A DNA stretch of 64,000 nt from Octopus vulgaris (Eukaryota): NCBI GenBank assembly GCA_951406725.2, contig OX597833.1:7812001-7876000 (forward strand), in the 5' to 3' direction. Positions 30,045-46,060 of the stretch are shown here, in pieces. The notes beneath the pieces are model-generated. The model was not told the origin of the DNA. It searched no databases and worked only from the letters and a program-made list of their open reading frames with translations. Numbering within the stretch: position 1 is the first letter of the stretch; the number at the start of each line of letters is the position of its first letter. The position numbers and the translations under genes were made by a program.

Positions 30045-30267
30045 GTGTGTATGTGTGTGTGTGAGTGTGAGTGTGTGTGTGTGTGTATGTGTGTGTGTGT
30101 GTATGTGTGTGTGCGTGTGTGTGCGAATGCGGTTATATGGGTGTGGGTGAGCATTTTAATGACGTTTTTACGTTGCTCGCTCATTGCCGCTCTTTCGTTT
30201 TTCGCTCTTCTGACCTTTTCGCTTTCCACCTCCTTTTCTCACTTTAATCTATCTATCTCTCTCTCTA

Positions 30268-30336
<69 letters not shown>

Positions 30337-30360
30337 GTCTGTCTGTCTATCTATCTATCC

Positions 30361-30432
<72 letters not shown>

Positions 30433-30456
30433 GTCTGTCTGTCTATCTATCTATCC

Positions 30457-30534
<78 letters not shown>

Positions 30535-30540
30535 GTACCT
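29935..30540. repeat. (TG)n, (CT)n and (CTAT)n microsatellite cluster
   Basis: Direct reading. Confidence 0.9.
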
Positions 30541-30853
30541 CTCTTTCTCTTCATGACGCGTCATTTATATATCCGAGGCAAAGTGAGTGTTCTTGCCCTC
30601 CACCCGTCATTATAAACACAAATATTACCGCGAAGTTTTCGTTCCGAGAATTCTTGCATTGAACAAAAGACTAAAAGTTCAGAATAGGAACAGACATGGC
30701 TGCGTGGTAAGACGCTGGCTTCCTGATCACGTGGTTCCGGGTTCAGCCCCACTGCGTTGTACCTCCAACCGACTAATACCTAGCGAGCGGATTTGGTAGA
30801 CGGAAACTGAATGAAGCCCGTCAAACACACACACACACACATATATATATATA

Positions 30854-31249
30854 CTAGCAGTATCGCCCGGCGTTGCTCGGGTTTGTAAGGGAAATAACTA
30901 TATAAGCATTTTTAGAGATGTAAAGTATAATAGCCATCTCAATATGGCTAACCACAAAGGGGGAGGGGTGTTACTGTAGCTTTTTTACGTTCTGAGATTT
31001 AATAATAAATTTTAGAGAGTTACTTCCCTTATATATGTCAAAAATGGATTAAAAATGGGAAAAATTGATGGTAAATTTTTTTTTAAATCGTAGACTCATC
31101 GTAGACGCACGCTAATACCCAGACGGTCTCGATATGAATCACGACTATAAGATACCCGGTTTTGGTTAAACTGCACCGCAAAATGTGGGAGTAGTTAGGA
31201 ATCTAAATCGTAGGAGACAGACACACAACCTCACTTTTATATATAAAGA
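30854..31249 (-). mobile_element. Non-autonomous Helitron family D
   Basis: On minus: 5' TC(tttatatataaaa)...cccgagcaacgccggg hairpin + CTAG 3', between A and T. Confidence 0.8.
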
Positions 31250-31415
31250 TTTCCTCTATTTACATAATATTGAGGTCTCTTTCTTTCTTTTGTTATCTTA
31301 CTGTTTTTACCAATATACATATATATATATATATATATAAATATATATATAGTTACAGAGATGTACTTGCATAGCAAGTGACTTGATCTGAGATCGTGTG
31401 CTGGAACGAAAACAG

Positions 31416-31673
31416 TTGCAGCGTTGAAGGTGTTTATAAGCCATTTAAGAAACACACAAAAACCGTTAGATTCACTTCAACATTTAAATTTATTTGTCAA
31501 AATATTTTCATCGCTTTGAGACCGCGACCTGTTAGCACGATATTTTTGTCAGTGAACAGGTCGCGGTCTCAAAGCGACGAAAATATTTTGGCAAATTAAA
31601 TTTAAATGTTGAAGTGAATGTAACGGTTTTTGTGTGTTTCTTAAATGGCTTACAAACACCTTCCACGCTGCAA
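31416..31673. repeat. Long hairpin (about 117-bp arms), Penelope-like
   Basis: ttgcagcgttgaaggtgttt..gagaccgcgacctgtt / aacaggtcgcggtctc..aaacaccttccacgctgcaa. Confidence 0.88.
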
Positions 31674-32027
31674 TATATATATACACACATATATATATAT
31701 GTATGTATGTATGTATGTGTGTATATGTGTATGCATGTATGTGTGTGTGTGCGTGTCTGTGCTTGTGATTGTCCTCCACCACTGCTTGACAACGAATGTT
31801 GGTTTGTTTACATCCCTGTCACCTAGTGGTTTGACAAAGGAAACAGATAGAATAAGTACAATGCTTACAAAAATAAAAGTGGAGTTGATTCATTAAACTA
31901 CAATTCTTCAAGGCATTGCCCCAGCATGGCCACAGACCAATGGCTGGAAAAAGCAGAAGAATAAAAGAATACATTCTCTGCTTTGGTCAAGGCATGAGAA
32001 AGCTTGAGTTTACATGAGAAGGCCTAA

Positions 32028-32185
32028 CAGACCTGGTAGAAACAGCAGCCAAATCTCCCTCAAATTACACCTTACTGTCTTATGTATGTATATATATATG
32101 AGCCAATGAGGGGGACCTCTACATGGTAGCTAGACCTGGTAGAAATAGCAGCCAAATTTCCCCCAAATCACACCTTACTGTCTTA
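32028..32185 (+). repeat. About 85-bp repeat unit (agacctggtagaaatagcagccaaat..ccttactgtcttat), 2 copies; 2 more at 34290-34485
   Basis: Direct repeats; diverged single copies also near 11220, 16850 and on minus near 8850, 19620, 38690. Confidence 0.7.
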
Positions 32186-32455
32186 TCTCTTATTATAAAA
32201 GGCAGATTTTATCTGCCTCCCTTTGGGAGTTATACAAATCTACAATATAGGATTTCTTCAATTACAATTTACCTAGCAATTTTAAGAGTACAATGCATCG
32301 CGTCATGCCAGGTCCAGTTTTTAAAATTTAAACTCCAATTAAGCAAAATTTACAGAAAACTCACATTCTGGTGTGTGTGTCAAATGCTTTTCTTAGTCTG
32401 GTTTACACCACACGCAAACGCACACACACAGTGTGCTACGAATAAAGTGAAACTA
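32186..32455 (+). mobile_element. Helitron-like family E (5' TCTCTTATTATAAAA)
   Basis: Near-identical inverted copy at 34735-35007. Confidence 0.6.
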
Positions 32456-32634
32456 ATTCAGTGTGTTGACAGGTAGACAATAGAATGCGATGACGACTAT
32501 GACGCTGATAGATAGATGAGTAAAATGTATGGGAAGCTAACTCATAAGAGTGAGTGAAAATGTTCTTGGAAGAGAGTAAATAGCCAGAGAGTAATAAAGT
32601 AAACATACACTCATACATACATACATACATACAT

Positions 32635-32669
<35 letters not shown>

Positions 32670-32724
32670 TACATACATACACACATACATACATACATAC
32701 ATACATATACATACATACATACAT

Positions 32725-32773
<49 letters not shown>

Positions 32774-32874
32774 AGCTTGAGAACAATCAGATACATCTGC
32801 AACACATCTGTTGAAAATATTATTGTTCACACACATACATATACATATATACATACAGAGAGACAGACAGATAG

Positions 32875-32905
<31 letters not shown>

Positions 32906-33019
32906 ATCCAGCATGGCCACAACCTCAAGGCTGAAACGTATAAAACAATAACAGAATATAAATGTGTGCATGTGTGTGAGAGAGAGAGTGTGTGTGTATA
33001 TGTATGTATGTATATATAT

Positions 33020-33615
33020 ATAATAATGCGGGTATTTTCAACAGCTTGAACTAAATGTCAGAGGGGAATGGGATAAACTACTTATATTAACTTGCTATAA
33101 AAGCAGGTAGTAATTTTATCTTGTCCTTATTCATAGTGCAAGTTTTGAAGAGTGCATTTCGATTTTAACAGCTATTTTTTTCAAAGCTATATTGGAAGTA
33201 ACAAAGGAGCATATTTGGCATATTTTGCTTTATGAGTTCAATAAAGACAACAACGCAACGGAAAGTACAAGAAATATTAATGCAGTATATGGGGATTGGA
33301 CAATAAGCGTAAGGCAGTGTCAATGGTGGTTCCAGAAATTCCGAGCCATAAACTACAGCCTAGAAGACGAGCCTCATCCTGAAAGATCTGTAGAACTCGA
33401 CAAGGACATCCTGAAAACCCTGGTGGAACAAAATCTCATCGTAACTGTTGAGGAACTAGCAGAGAAGCTTGGATTTGGTCATTCAACCATTCATTGACAC
33501 CTGTGTGCTATCGGAAAAGTCAGCAAATTGGGTCAATGGGTTCCTCACGAACTTTCCGAGTCTAATTGCATGCAGAGAGTGAATGTATGCTTTTCTTTGC
33601 TGTCACATCTCACCA
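33020..33615 (+). mobile_element. Mariner 5' half (same family as 27114-28161)
   Basis: EHIWHILLYEF..NATESTRNINAVYG..CQWWFQKFR..TVEELAEKLG..WVPHEL; truncated next to a Helitron insertion. Confidence 0.85.
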
Positions 33616-33632
33616 CTACTGCGCTATGTATA

Positions 33633-34269
33633 TCTATATATATAAAACTGTAGTTGTGTGAGTGTCTGTCCCCTTCGATTTAGATTCCTAACTACTCCCA
33701 CATTTTGCGGTGCAGTTTAACCAAATTCGGGTAGCTTATAGTCGTGATTCATATCGAGCCCGTCTGACTATTAGCGCGCGTCAACGATGAGTCTACGATT
33801 TTAAAAATAATTTAACATCATTTTTTATTCCATTTTAATGCATAATTTTTCGTGTGTCGATGGCGGCGGAGTTGGCGTCCACGCTCACACCTGCACCTGT
33901 GGGGAAGGGAGTGTAAGGAAATCAACGTCGTAATGCGTTGTCAAGGAGACCAGCGTTCTTTTAGAACAACGACTTCATGGCTTGAAGACACCAAAACAGA
34001 AATGGCTAAGAAAGCGTCTACATGAGTCTACGATTTAAAAAAAAATTTACCATCGTTTTTTTTCCATTTTAATGCATTTTTTCGCTATTATATAAGGGAA
34101 GTAACTCTCTAAAAATGTCTACGATGAGTCAACGATTTTAAAAAAAATTTACCATCATATTTTTTCCATTTTTAATGGATTTTTTGCTATTTTTTGGCTA
34201 TAACTCTCTAAAAATGCTTATATAGTTATTTCCCTTACAAACCCGAGCAACGCCGGGCGATACTGCTAG
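33633..34269 (+). mobile_element. Non-autonomous Helitron family D, longest copy
   Basis: A/TCTATATATATAAAA...CCCGAGCAACGCCGGG-CGATACTG-CTAG/T. Confidence 0.82.
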
Positions 34270-34734
34270 TCTATGTATATATGTATGTATGAGCCTATGA
34301 GGGAGACCCCTACATGGCAGCTAGACCTGGTAGAAATAGCAGCCAAATTTCCCCCAAATCGCACCTTACTGTCTTATCTATGTATATATGTATGTATGAG
34401 CCTATGAGGGAGACCCCTACATGGCAGCTAGACCTGGTAGAAATAGCAGCCAAATCTCCCTCAAATCACACCTTACTGTCTTATCTTTCTGCTACTTGGA
34501 TATAGGTGTTATATTCGTCGTAAAAAACTTTCCTATCACACATTCACGCACACGCACACACACACACACACACACACACCCACACACACACACACACACA
34601 CACACGCGCACACCCACACACACCCACTCACACACACGCACGTTAGCTTACAATTTTATTTATATATTTGCGTGTGTATGTGTGGAAAGAGGAAGTGGGA
34701 AGCAGAGTGAAAGAATCACTCACTACAGTAAGTC

Positions 34735-35007
34735 AATTACTTTCATTTTATTCGTTGCCCACTGTGTGTGTGCGTTTGCGTGTGGTGTAAACCAGACTAA
34801 GAAAAGCATTTGACACACACACCAGAATGTGAGTTTTCTGTAAATTTTGCTTAATTGGAGTTTAAATTTTAAAAACTGGACCTGGCATGACGCGATGCAT
34901 TCTACTCTTAAAACTGCTAGGTAAATTGTAATTGAAGAAATCCTATATTGTAGATTTGTATAACTCCCAAAGGGAGGTAGATAAAATCTGCCTTTTATAA
35001 TAAGAGA
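34735..35007 (-). mobile_element. Helitron-like family E
   Basis: Reverse complement of 32186-32455. Confidence 0.6.
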
Positions 35008-35217
35008 TGTATAAATTCTTTTATTTGTTTCAGTCATTTGACCGTGGACTTATTCTATCCGTCTCTTTTGCCAAACCGCTAAGTTACAGAGACGTAAACA
35101 CACCAGCTTCGGTTGTCAAGCGATGGTGGTGGGAGCAAACACAGACGCACAAACATTTACACACAACACGGCGGGCTTCTCTCAGTTTCCGTCTACGAAA
35201 TCCACTCACAAGGCTTT

Positions 35218-35274
<57 letters not shown>

Positions 35275-35350
35275 TTCATAGATAAGGGCAAACGAAAAAA
35301 TTTCTAATGCCAAATATGCCGAAAAATTGGGTGTCCATATATATATATAT

Positions 35351-35631
35351 ATAAATGAAAGAATGGAGTCGAACGAAGATGTTAACAAAATTCCTTTACT
35401 CTCGACATATGTTTCGAAGACAACATGGTTTCATTCCAAAGGAATAAAGGGTGCATTATGCAATCTTCTTTTTGTTTGTCTTGTTGTCGAGAGAGGCTCC
35501 CTTTCTTTCCTGATGAAAAGATTGCATAATGCACCCTTTATTCCTTTGGAATGAAACCATGTTGTCTTCGAAACATATGTCGAGAATAAAGGAATTTTGT
35601 TAACATCGTTCGACTCCATTCTTTCATTTAT
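35351..35631. mobile_element. Penelope-like foldback element (about 115-bp inverted arms)
   Basis: 35351-35467 inverted to 35518-35631, (TA)n flanks, hammerhead in right arm. Confidence 0.8.
35500..35592 (+). ncRNA. Minimal type I hammerhead ribozyme candidate
   Basis: CUGAUGA 35510-35516; stem II AAGAU.GCAU/AUGU.GUCUU; GAAA 35570-35573; stem III AC-AUAU-GU; GUC cleavage triplet 35579-35581; stem I CCUUU-C-UUUC pairs GAGA-AU-AAAGG. Confidence 0.65.
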
Positions 35632-35781
35632 CCATATATAAGACACAAATTTCTGCACATGAACCCGGAGTTTCTACCCTTGGACAGGTCGCTTCAACCG
35701 TGTTTCTGACGTGAATTTGCTACCCTGGTTTCGGTTCAACGAATTTTCCATGCTGACGATAAACATAGGATAATTCATTCA

Positions 35782-35834
<53 letters not shown>

Positions 35835-36009
35835 AAACCTTCGGTATTAGAAAGCATCATTCACCTACACAACCTTCTCACATGACATATATAAAGACGC
35901 TGAGAAATAAGGTAACTGACATCGTCTCCTCATACCGACACTGTATACTGATACCGAAGGATCGCCATCTCTCTCTCTCTCTCTCTAACTCTCTCACACA
36001 CACACACAC

Positions 36010-36073
<64 letters not shown>

Positions 36074-36770
36074 GTGTGTGTGTGTCTATGTGTGTGCGCA
36101 CGTGTGTGGTGGACAACCAGTGCTGGTTTGTTTACATTCCCATAAACTACATTACGTAGTATAACTGTATTGATTATTTCCCAAACTGTCAACAAACGTT
36201 CAGCAACAATGCGTGTGTATGTGTGTGTGTGTGTCTGTGTGAGTGTGTACATACAAGCATACACACACGCGCACACACACACACACACACACACACGGAT
36301 GTATGTACAATTGCATACATGTATACATTCTTTTAGAAAGTTATAAACAATTTTTTGTCATAATAGGTATTTCTCTCTCACCCTCCCTCCTCCCCCTCCT
36401 CCTCTCTCTCTTACCCTCTCTCTCACACACACACACACTCTCTCTCTATCTTTCTCACTCTCTTTCTCTCCCTTTCATCGCGTCTCGAAGAATCTGCAAA
36501 ATTATAAACGCAAATATATACACTCACACAAACTTACGTGTAACTTACAACGCATGTGCACACACACATGCACACACACGCGCGCGCGTGCACACATATA
36601 TATCACATATTTGTATTTGTGTGCGTACAGGCAAATATATATATATATATTTATATATATATATATGTATGTATATATAACGTTCAATAGATGTGTGTGT
36701 GTATACGTGTACGTGTGTGTGTGTGTATGTGTGTGTGTATGTGTGTGTATGTGTGTGTATGTGTGTGTAT

Positions 36771-36832
<62 letters not shown>

Positions 36833-37023
36833 AGATTGAATTCTGCAATCGCCACTTAAGATAATTTAATCTGCTGAAAACAATATTAGTAATATTTATG
36901 GAAGAGACGAAATAGGAAAAAAATGTCGGACGAACGCTGAAGAGGCACAATCTCTACTCCACATTACTCTATCGCTCCACCTTTCTCTCTCTCTTTCCTT
37001 TGTACTCTTTTTACTCTATCTCC

Positions 37024-37068
<45 letters not shown>

Positions 37069-37812
37069 TTGTTGTTTCTTTTTTCCCTTTCCTCTTCTTC
37101 GTCTTTCTTTCCCGCTGTAATTACACACCAAGCAAAGCGCCATCTTCTACAAAAGTAATTTCCTATATTCTCGAAGACCTACTTTCAGTCTCCAATATTT
37201 CTTAATCACTTTAAAAGAATATGAGCTGTGGAACAACACCTCAACACCTAAATCTCCCAACAGAATGAAACCTCTCGACACGTGTTCAATTCTTATTGAA
37301 GGTTATTTTTTACACAATTTAGATCCATAAAGTGAATATAATGGTCAGATATAGTCCACCCAGAATATATGCCAAGGTAGCAGTTACCAAATTTGATTTG
37401 TCGCAGAACCGTTTATGCAAACCCTTAACTCATCGTGGAATCCACGTCTATATTTTACAGACAATCCTTTCCATACTAATCTTAACAGAATTCTAATTAC
37501 AACAAACGGTGTTTCATTTACTGTCCTAATTCATTTTCAATCACACACACACACACACTGACACACACACACATACACACACACTCACATACACACACGC
37601 ACACACACACACACGCAAATAACAAACATACGCGCGCGCGCGTACACACATATAGCTTAATACATTTGGATATTTGTATGCACATATGTATGTGTGTGTG
37701 TGTGCATGTATATATATTTATTCATACATACGTATATATACATAATATATATATACATATATGCACGCACAATATGTGTGTGTATGTGTATATATATATT
37801 TATGTATTTATA

Positions 37813-37934
<122 letters not shown>

Positions 37935-39639
37935 ACGAATGAGCGAACAAGCGAAAGAAAGAGGCACTCGACACGTTTTAATGCATCTGGTGTCGCTGAA
38001 TTGCCGATTTCATTTTTACCAACACCATGTGACCTGCCTTGACGAATAGCGGCTCATTTTCCAGAAGCTATCTTGGACTTTCTTCATTCAGTAATCTGTG
38101 CCTGACGAGCTGGGCTTCTGTCAGAAGCCTGCGGAACATTTGACACAAGGCCAGCAATGTTGGAGGAGGAGTTAACTCGATAACAACGATCATGGTGTTT
38201 CAAGTGGTACTTATTTTATCGAACCCCGAAAGGATAAAAGGCGAAGTCGACCTCGTGGGAATTTGAGCTCAGAACGCAAAGACGTGCGGAATGCCGCTAA
38301 ATATTTTTACCCAGCATGCTAACGATTCTACCAACTCGCCGCCTTTAATAATAATAATGACGGACTCTCCCGTCGAAGGTGACGTATGACCGTTCACCTG
38401 TTTTGCCGGATGACCCACACAAATTATTTGTTTATAGTGATCAAATGTTCGTGCCGCACATTATCTCCTCCCCACCATCAAATTAGCATTACCTGTATAG
38501 GTGCACAGGTGTGCCACGCGTCAGGAGTCGAAGTGATGAAGTGAGATGAAGTGTTTTACTCAAGATGAAGTGTTCTGTTTTAAGGGTCTTTCTCCCACCA
38601 GTCCCAGTGACCTGATAACGGTTCAGGGACACTAGTCCCCTCTTGGCTAAGAGATGAAACAAAAAAAGAAAATCGCAGTGAGATGTGATTTGAGGCAAAT
38701 TTGGTTGATATTTCTAGCTGACGAGGCAACCAGGGGTAAGGAAACCAAATGGAGATTGGTTTGATATAGACTGTGATATAATGGAGTTGTGACTGGTAGG
38801 GAATAGAGAGAGGAGTAGAGTGGCGGTTGGAGGCAGAGTGAGAGAGAGAGAGAGTGGGAAATATGAAGGTAGAGAGGGGGTAGAGTGGTGGTGGAAGATG
38901 GAGTCCGAGTAGGAGAAGAGGTAGAGTTGTGGTGAGAGGAAGAGGAATAAAGTAGGAGAGGGGGAAGGTAGTGGGTGTGTAGAGCAAAGAGTATGGAGAG
39001 GGTAGACGTGTACGAGAGAGAGAGAGGCGGTAGATAAAGAGAGCAAAGCATAGGGAGAGTGGTAGCGAGAATAGAGGTGGTGGGAGGTAGAATCTCAGAC
39101 AAAGAGGTTGATGGGGTGTATAGAGGAAGGAGTAAGAGACGACTGAGAGAGAGAGGGAGGGGGAGAGAGACGAGGAAGGGGAGAAAGAGAGAGAAGGAAT
39201 TAAAGAGAGAGATAAAAAGGGAATAATGGGAAGAGACGGAATGCTTAAGAGGAGGTGGTAAGAGAGAGAAATAAGGAAAGGGTAGAGAGGGGAGCGTGTA
39301 GTGTGGGGGGAGAGAGAGAGGAAAGCAATGAATAGAGTGAGGGGGATAGAAAGAGGGTGTGAGACCTTGTGTCACACAAAGACTATTTATTACACACACA
39401 CACACACACACACGCGCGCATGCATTTATACGCATAGACTCACAGAAGTGCTCGTGTGTGTGTGTGTGTGTGTATATGAAGCACATGTACACACACACAC
39501 ACATACACACACACACACATACACACACGCATAGGAGACATGCACGCATACAAACATAGTCAGACCACTGGAAGCAATTCTGGAACTTTCTAAGACAATA
39601 GTATTGAAATTAGTGTTTTGTAAACAACAATAGCAAGGC

Positions 39640-39676
39640 CATCACCATCATCACCATCACCATCATCACCATCTTC

Positions 39677-39770
<94 letters not shown>

Positions 39771-39813
39771 CCATCAACATCATCATCACCATCATCATCA
39801 TCATCACCATCAC

Positions 39814-39894
<81 letters not shown>

Positions 39895-40012
39895 CGTCAT
39901 CATCACCATCATCATCATCATCATCATCATCATCGTCATCATCACCATCATCATAATCATCATCATCATCATCATCATTATCATCACCATCATAATCATC
40001 ACCATCATCACC

Positions 40013-40044
<32 letters not shown>

Positions 40045-40255
40045 CGTCATCATCACCATCATCATTATCATCATCATCATCATCGTCGTCATCATCATCA
40101 TCACCATCATCATTACCATCATCACCAACATCACCTCCACCGCCATTAACTCGATCATCATCATCCTCATTACCTTCACCACCACCACAACCACAACCAC
40201 CACCATCATCATCATCTTCATTGTCATCATCATCATCATTATCGCCGTCATCGTT
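39640..40255. repeat. (CAT)n/(CAC)n trinucleotide array, about 600 bp
   Basis: Direct reading. Confidence 0.95.
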
Positions 40256-41129
40256 GCTGTTGTTCCCCAGTAGTTTTTTTTCTTGTTTAATGTTCCTTTA
40301 CAGTTCTGTGATGCATCGAATTCTTCAGTTTCCATTGCTTTTGTATCATCTGTTGCAATGACTCGGATCTATGCAATGAGAACAATTCCTAGTAATGTTT
40401 TCTGCATGTTGTGTGTTTGGGGGATACGTGTGTGTGTGTGTGCGTGCATGCGTGCCTCTGTGTGTGTGTGTGCGTGCGTGCGTGCCTGTTTGCGTCTGTA
40501 ATGGACACAACTGATGAACGTTGATTGTAAATCGAATAAAATTATATCCGCTGCTGCCGGGAAACCCCGAGTTCTGGGTGTAAGTGTATTTTGTATTAAC
40601 TGTAGTCCTCTATTACAACAATGCTCAGGTCTACTTCTTTTGTTCTTACACACCTAGCTTGTCCGTGCGCGTGTGTTTGTGTGTGAATGTATGTAATGTA
40701 TACGTACGATATCAAATCGTTCGATTTTCTTTGTATTATATATTTGTAAGTCGTAGGATTTTGATCATGTAAATCCGAACAATTTTTTGAAATCTTTCTC
40801 AAGGCCTCTCCTGTCTTAGAGATCTCTCGTGTGTTCAACCACCCAATCTTATTGTTATTTTCAGCTCTTTATATTTTAAACAGTTTCTCAATTTCTTTTA
40901 CGACTGTATACATATTTGTTCGAATTGATTCTTCGACTACTAGAAGATTTCTTAATTAATGTCTACCATAATAATGTCTGGTCGATCGTCCTTCATTTCC
41001 CTGTCTCTGCGAAATGCTATATCCTAGAATATTGTAACTCTTCATTCTTTGAGACATTTTCTCGTATATGTTTGCACCATCTTTTTATTTCTTTTCGTAC
41101 AACAAAATGTGTATGATTGTATTAGGCAA

Positions 41130-41760
41130 GGAATAAAAGGACTTAAAGAAATGAAGAGACGAATTTCTTGAGAAATTTTCTTCAATGTATTAACTACCGG
41201 AAAAACCCTATAAGGATCTCCTTTCCGCCATTACGAAGAATGGTTGAAATCAGCTCTCAGAAATAGCTGCATAAGTGGTGTAAGTACATAAGAAGGTAAT
41301 ATATACAAAATGATAGAATATTGAAGGGATTCATTCACCATAAAGTTTACTGAAGACCAGCAATGTGTCCTTTCTGCCGTTAGAAATAACACATTAAGTC
41401 AATTCTCAAAATGACTGGAAAAGAAGGATGACTATGTAAGAAAGTGATGTATAGAATGAAATGGAATATTAAAGGAGTTGATTCACTAAAAAACTCTTCA
41501 CTGAATTAACCACAGTGAAAACACCACGAGAATGTTCTTTCCACCATTACAAAAGATTTCTGAAGCCAACTCTTAAAATGGCTGAAGAAGAAGTGTAACT
41601 ATATAAGACGGTAATATATTCAAAGAAGTAGAGAATTAAAGAATTCAATTCACTGAAAATTATTCTTTAGTGAATTGACCAGCGGAAAAAGATCACAAGG
41701 AAGTTCTTTCCGGCGTTGAAAAGACCAGATAAAGTCAACACTGAAAATGGTTGGCATTCA
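41130..41760. repeat. Old degenerate tandem repeat, unit about 150-170 bp, about 4 copies
   Basis: ctttc(c/t)..c(a/g)tt anchor at 41221, 41370, 41537, 41706 with conserved downstream aaaatg(g)ctg..taagaaggtaatata..attcact. Confidence 0.6.
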
Positions 41761-42041
41761 GACAAAAATGGACAAACTGAAATCCGAAATCACTCTGAAT
41801 GGTGCCACGCCATTGGAACTGACCGTAATCACAACACATCCATCTTTGCCAGCACCACTACCACCACTACCACCACTACCATTGCCATCCCTATCACCAC
41901 CATCACCCCTACTACCACCACTACTACCACCACTCATACTACTTTGCAATAAGAACAGAACAATGATTTGCCATTGTTTCATCTCGGAAAGTTTTCCCAG
42001 CGAGGGATTGGTGGCGTTTTACTCATCCTGTTTACAAACTG

Positions 42042-42146
<105 letters not shown>

Positions 42147-42237
42147 TGTGTACATGTAGATGTATTTATATCAGTATTTGTATTTGTGAATAAATTTGGT
42201 AGATGAAATCTGAAAGGAATCGATCGTGTGTATATAT

Positions 42238-42631
42238 ACTTGTTTTAGTCATTTGACTGCGGCCATGCTGGAGCACCGCTTTTAGTCGAGCAAATCGACC
42301 CCGGGACTTATTCTTTGGAAGCCCAGTACTTATTCTATCGGTCTCTTTTGCCGAACCGCTAAGTGACGGGGACATAAACACACCAGCATCGGTTGTCAAG
42401 CAATGCTAGGGGGACAAACACAGACACACAAACATATACACACACACTTATATATATATATACATATATACGACAGGCTTCTTTCAGTTTCCGTCTACCA
42501 AATCCACTCACAAGGCATTGGTCGGCCCGGGGCTATAGCAGAAGACACTTGCCCAAGATGCCACGCAGTGGGACTGAACCCGGAACCATATGGTTGGTTA
42601 GCAAGCTACTTACCACACAGCCACTCCTGCG
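42238..42631 (-). mobile_element. SINE family A
   Basis: Full-length minus copy. Confidence 0.88.
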
Positions 42632-42959
42632 CATATATATCAATGTCACTCTTCGTTTATTTTTTATTTTTCTCGTCCCAATTCTTACTTTTACCTTCCT
42701 CTCGTCCCTTCTTGTAGCTTCTCAAGATACAGTGTCCTTTTTCATTTTCTTCAAAACAGACCAACCACATCACATCTGATATTAAAAGATTGCTTTCAGC
42801 CACACAAACTATTCTATACAAGCTTGTCAGTTTACTGCGTTTTCACTGCATGAAACTAATGGTAACTTGAATTTAATTACTTTTTATTTCAGATGATATT
42901 TATCTTTCACTGGATGGACTACTTTTTGTTGACCCAATCAATAACGGAACGGTATCTAC

Positions 42960-45020
<2,061 letters not shown>

Positions 45021-45570
45021 AGGCTCATTAACCAACCAAATTATATATAGTTTATTAGCATACTTTAGATGCGATTATTACTAAATTCAACCAGGCCACG
45101 GATTTCATTTTATAAGAGAAAAAATATGGCTCAATGCAATTAATTTGCTTAATCAAGTAATCAATAAATATAATTAGAAATTTGCCCAGCTTGTCATGGT
45201 GGAATTTTACCCTTTCAGTTCAAACCCGCTTCTTCTTAATATGTTGGAATTTAACAAGAATTTCATCCCCATTCGTGATTTTGAAATTAGTGTTATAAAT
45301 ATCCCGAAGTTTTTACGAACATTAAAAAAAAAACTGTTTGGGGATTAAGCATAATGGCAATGTGCTCTTTGATGGAACCGTGGAATCATTTGGTGTGGCT
45401 GAGATTTGTGGGACAGTGGAAAGGAAATTTCATCTCGAAGAGTTTGACCTTTGCACAGATGGTATTAATTCTACACTCTATAAACGACCATTAGTTTCAT
45501 AAGCCCAGGGAAGGTTTTATTAATACATTTAAAGAGATCTGCAATGAATACTTTCATAATTATTTCTTAT

Positions 45571-46060
<490 letters not shown>

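Noticed and set aside
37130-37480. Possible very old RTE RT remnant on minus
   Set aside because: Only faint motif echoes (FMDL, FVEDGAL); too degraded to support
39610-40335. 241-aa poly-Met ORF
   Set aside because: Translation of a (CAT)n microsatellite; no splice or domain evidence
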